Made by a program: the position numbers and the translations under genes. Below are positions 62,854 to 64,000 of a stretch of 64,000 nucleotides of DNA, in pieces. Source of the DNA: an uncultured Alphaproteobacteria bacterium (GTDB lineage Bacteria > Pseudomonadota > Alphaproteobacteria > Rhizobiales > Hyphomicrobiaceae); assembly GCA_963847145.1 (NCBI GenBank), contig CAWJYN010000002.1:17810-81809 (forward strand), in the 5' to 3' direction. Below the pieces are notes generated by a model, which ran no database searches, was not told the origin of the DNA, and saw nothing but the letters and a program-made list of their open reading frames with translations. How positions within the stretch are numbered: the first letter of the stretch is position 1; each line of letters opens with the position of its first letter.

Positions 62854-63747
62854 TTAACGCCGCAACTGATCCAGCAGGACCGCCAGGAGGATCAGCGCCA
62901 GCCCTGTCAGGTCAAGGGCGGTGGGCCAATCATCGAGCAGCCACACAGCGCCGGCGACCCCGAAGATCGGCACCAGCAGTGTGCCGATCGATGCCGTTGC
63001 GGCCGATGCGCGCCGTGTCAGATCGAACCACAGAATGTAGGCGATGCCTTGCGGAAACACGACATGGTAGAGGAAGGCCCACAGCTGCGGCGGCGCGCTG
63101 AGATCGAGGCGGGGCGTCTCGAACAGCGCCATACAGATGCAACAGATAACGGCCGCGATCACCACCTGCCAGGTGGTGGAAGCCAGCGGCGCCACCGGCA
63201 TCGGATGGCCCTTGAGGTACACCGTGCCGAGCGCCCATGAGATCGACGCGCCAAGCACGTAGACAAGCCCGAACGGCACCACACCGCTCGCCAGCACCGG
63301 CCAGAACGGCACCGCCAGCACGCCGAGCCCCAGCGCGCCAAGGGCGAGTGAGGCAGCCCGGCGGCCGTCGATCTTCTCGCCCAGCATCGCCCAGGCAAAC
63401 ACGGCGGCCCACAACGGCATCGTGAACGTCAGGATGGCCGCGCGCGACGTCGGCATCGAGAGCTGCGCGAATACCGCGCAGATGTTGAACAGCGCCACGT
63501 TCAAGGTGCCGGCGATGAGCAAAGTGGGCCAGTGCGCGCGTGGCACGGCGAGCGAGGTTCGCGTGAGCTGTATCGCAACGAACAGGAAAAGCGCGCCGCC
63601 GGTCAGCCCAGCCGCCCGCAAGGTCCAGGGCGACGATGTGGCCAGCATGATTTTGACGATCGGCCAGTTGAGCCCCCATAGCAGGGCCGCCGCCCACATG
63701 CGCCAAAGGCCACTGCTTTGGGCGACAGGTTGCGCAGACGCCGTCAC
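62854..63747 (-). CDS. DMT-superfamily (EamA-type) transporter
   Basis: 297 aa, ten hydrophobic helices in two EamA-like halves. Confidence 0.75.
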   Translation of the reverse strand: MTASAQPVAQSSGLWRMWAAALLWGLNWPIVKIMLATSSPWTLRAAGLTGGALFLFVAIQLTRTSLAVPRAHWPTLLIAGTLNVALFNICAVFAQLSMPTSRAAILTFTMPLWAAVFAWAMLGEKIDGRRAASLALGALGLGVLAVPFWPVLASGVVPFGLVYVLGASISWALGTVYLKGHPMPVAPLASTTWQVVIAAVICCICMALFETPRLDLSAPPQLWAFLYHVVFPQGIAYILWFDLTRRASAATASIGTLLVPIFGVAGAVWLLDDWPTALDLTGLALILLAVLLDQLRR

Positions 63748-64000
63748 TCTTTCCGCCCACGGAAGCCTGTGGCCAGCACATAGAGCTCGGCGCTTTCGGC
63801 GCGGCTGGCGGGGGGCTTGATGTGACGGACGGTGGCGAAGTCCTTTTTGAGCAGTGCCAGCAGATCGCTTTCGGTGCCGCCCTGGAACACTTTGCTGAGA
63901 AACGCGCCACCGGGGGTGAGCACTTCGCAGGCGAAGGCGACGGCGGCTTCAGCAAGACCCATGATGCGGATGTGGTCGGTGCGGGTGTGACCGGTGGTGG
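63744..64000 (-). CDS. rlmE: 23S rRNA (uridine-2'-O)-methyltransferase RlmE/FtsJ, 5' part outside the window
   Basis: C-terminal RlmE sequence ...[41 protein letters not shown]...[20 protein letters not shown]. The frame is open to the window edge. Confidence 0.8.
   Translation of the reverse strand, partial: TTGHTRTDHIRIMGLAEAAVAFACEVLTPGGAFLSKVFQGGTESDLLALLKKDFATVRHIKPPASRAESAELYVLATGFRGRKE

Noticed and set aside
1-64000. Search for CRISPR arrays, prophage, integrase/transposase genes, toxin-antitoxin pairs and rRNA/tRNA genes
   Set aside because: The only short repeats are the REP elements at about 20.2 kb and 60.9-61.5 kb. They are not regularly spaced with unique spacers. No integrase, transposase, phage structural or TA-like gene pair could be supported from the translations.

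Overview
This is a 64-kb, high-G+C chromosomal segment that looks alphaproteobacterial (Hyphomicrobiales/Rhizobiales). The taxon is inferred only from gene content and from REP-type repeats of the form GTCATCC-hairpin-GGACCC. About 55 protein-coding genes can be supported. I found no rRNA, tRNA, CRISPR array, integrase or transposase. The backbone is housekeeping: ppk (5' partial)-ppx, apaG, mccB, valS, ubiA, panE, polA and rlmE (partial). Accessory modules are interspersed with it. The most unusual locus is a translationally coupled four-gene operon at 35913-44208. It encodes a 918-aa protein with actin/Hsp70-fold nucleotide-binding motifs (SrfB-like from memory) and an 847-aa partner without a Walker A (SrfC-like from memory). 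It also encodes a bitopic membrane protein with periplasmic Sel1 repeats, and a Sec-exported protein with a ~230-aa TolA-like charged repeat helix, a 12-Gln tract and a duplicated Sel1-like module. This reads as a candidate envelope-spanning machine of unknown function. Other items worth a second look: (1) a eukaryote-type PRMT homolog with double-E and THW loops; (2) a periplasmic caspase-like protease next to lysozyme-like and GH114-like peptidoglycan-binding proteins; (3) a GIY-YIG nuclease gene bracketed by 29-bp inverted REP copies; (4) a CDP-alcohol phosphatidyltransferase split by a frameshift inside its catalytic motif; (5) a lower-G+C islet encoding a small secreted six-cysteine peptide; (6) a block of orphan genes at 30.2-33.3 kb. 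All family assignments come from reading motifs by eye. No database search was run.
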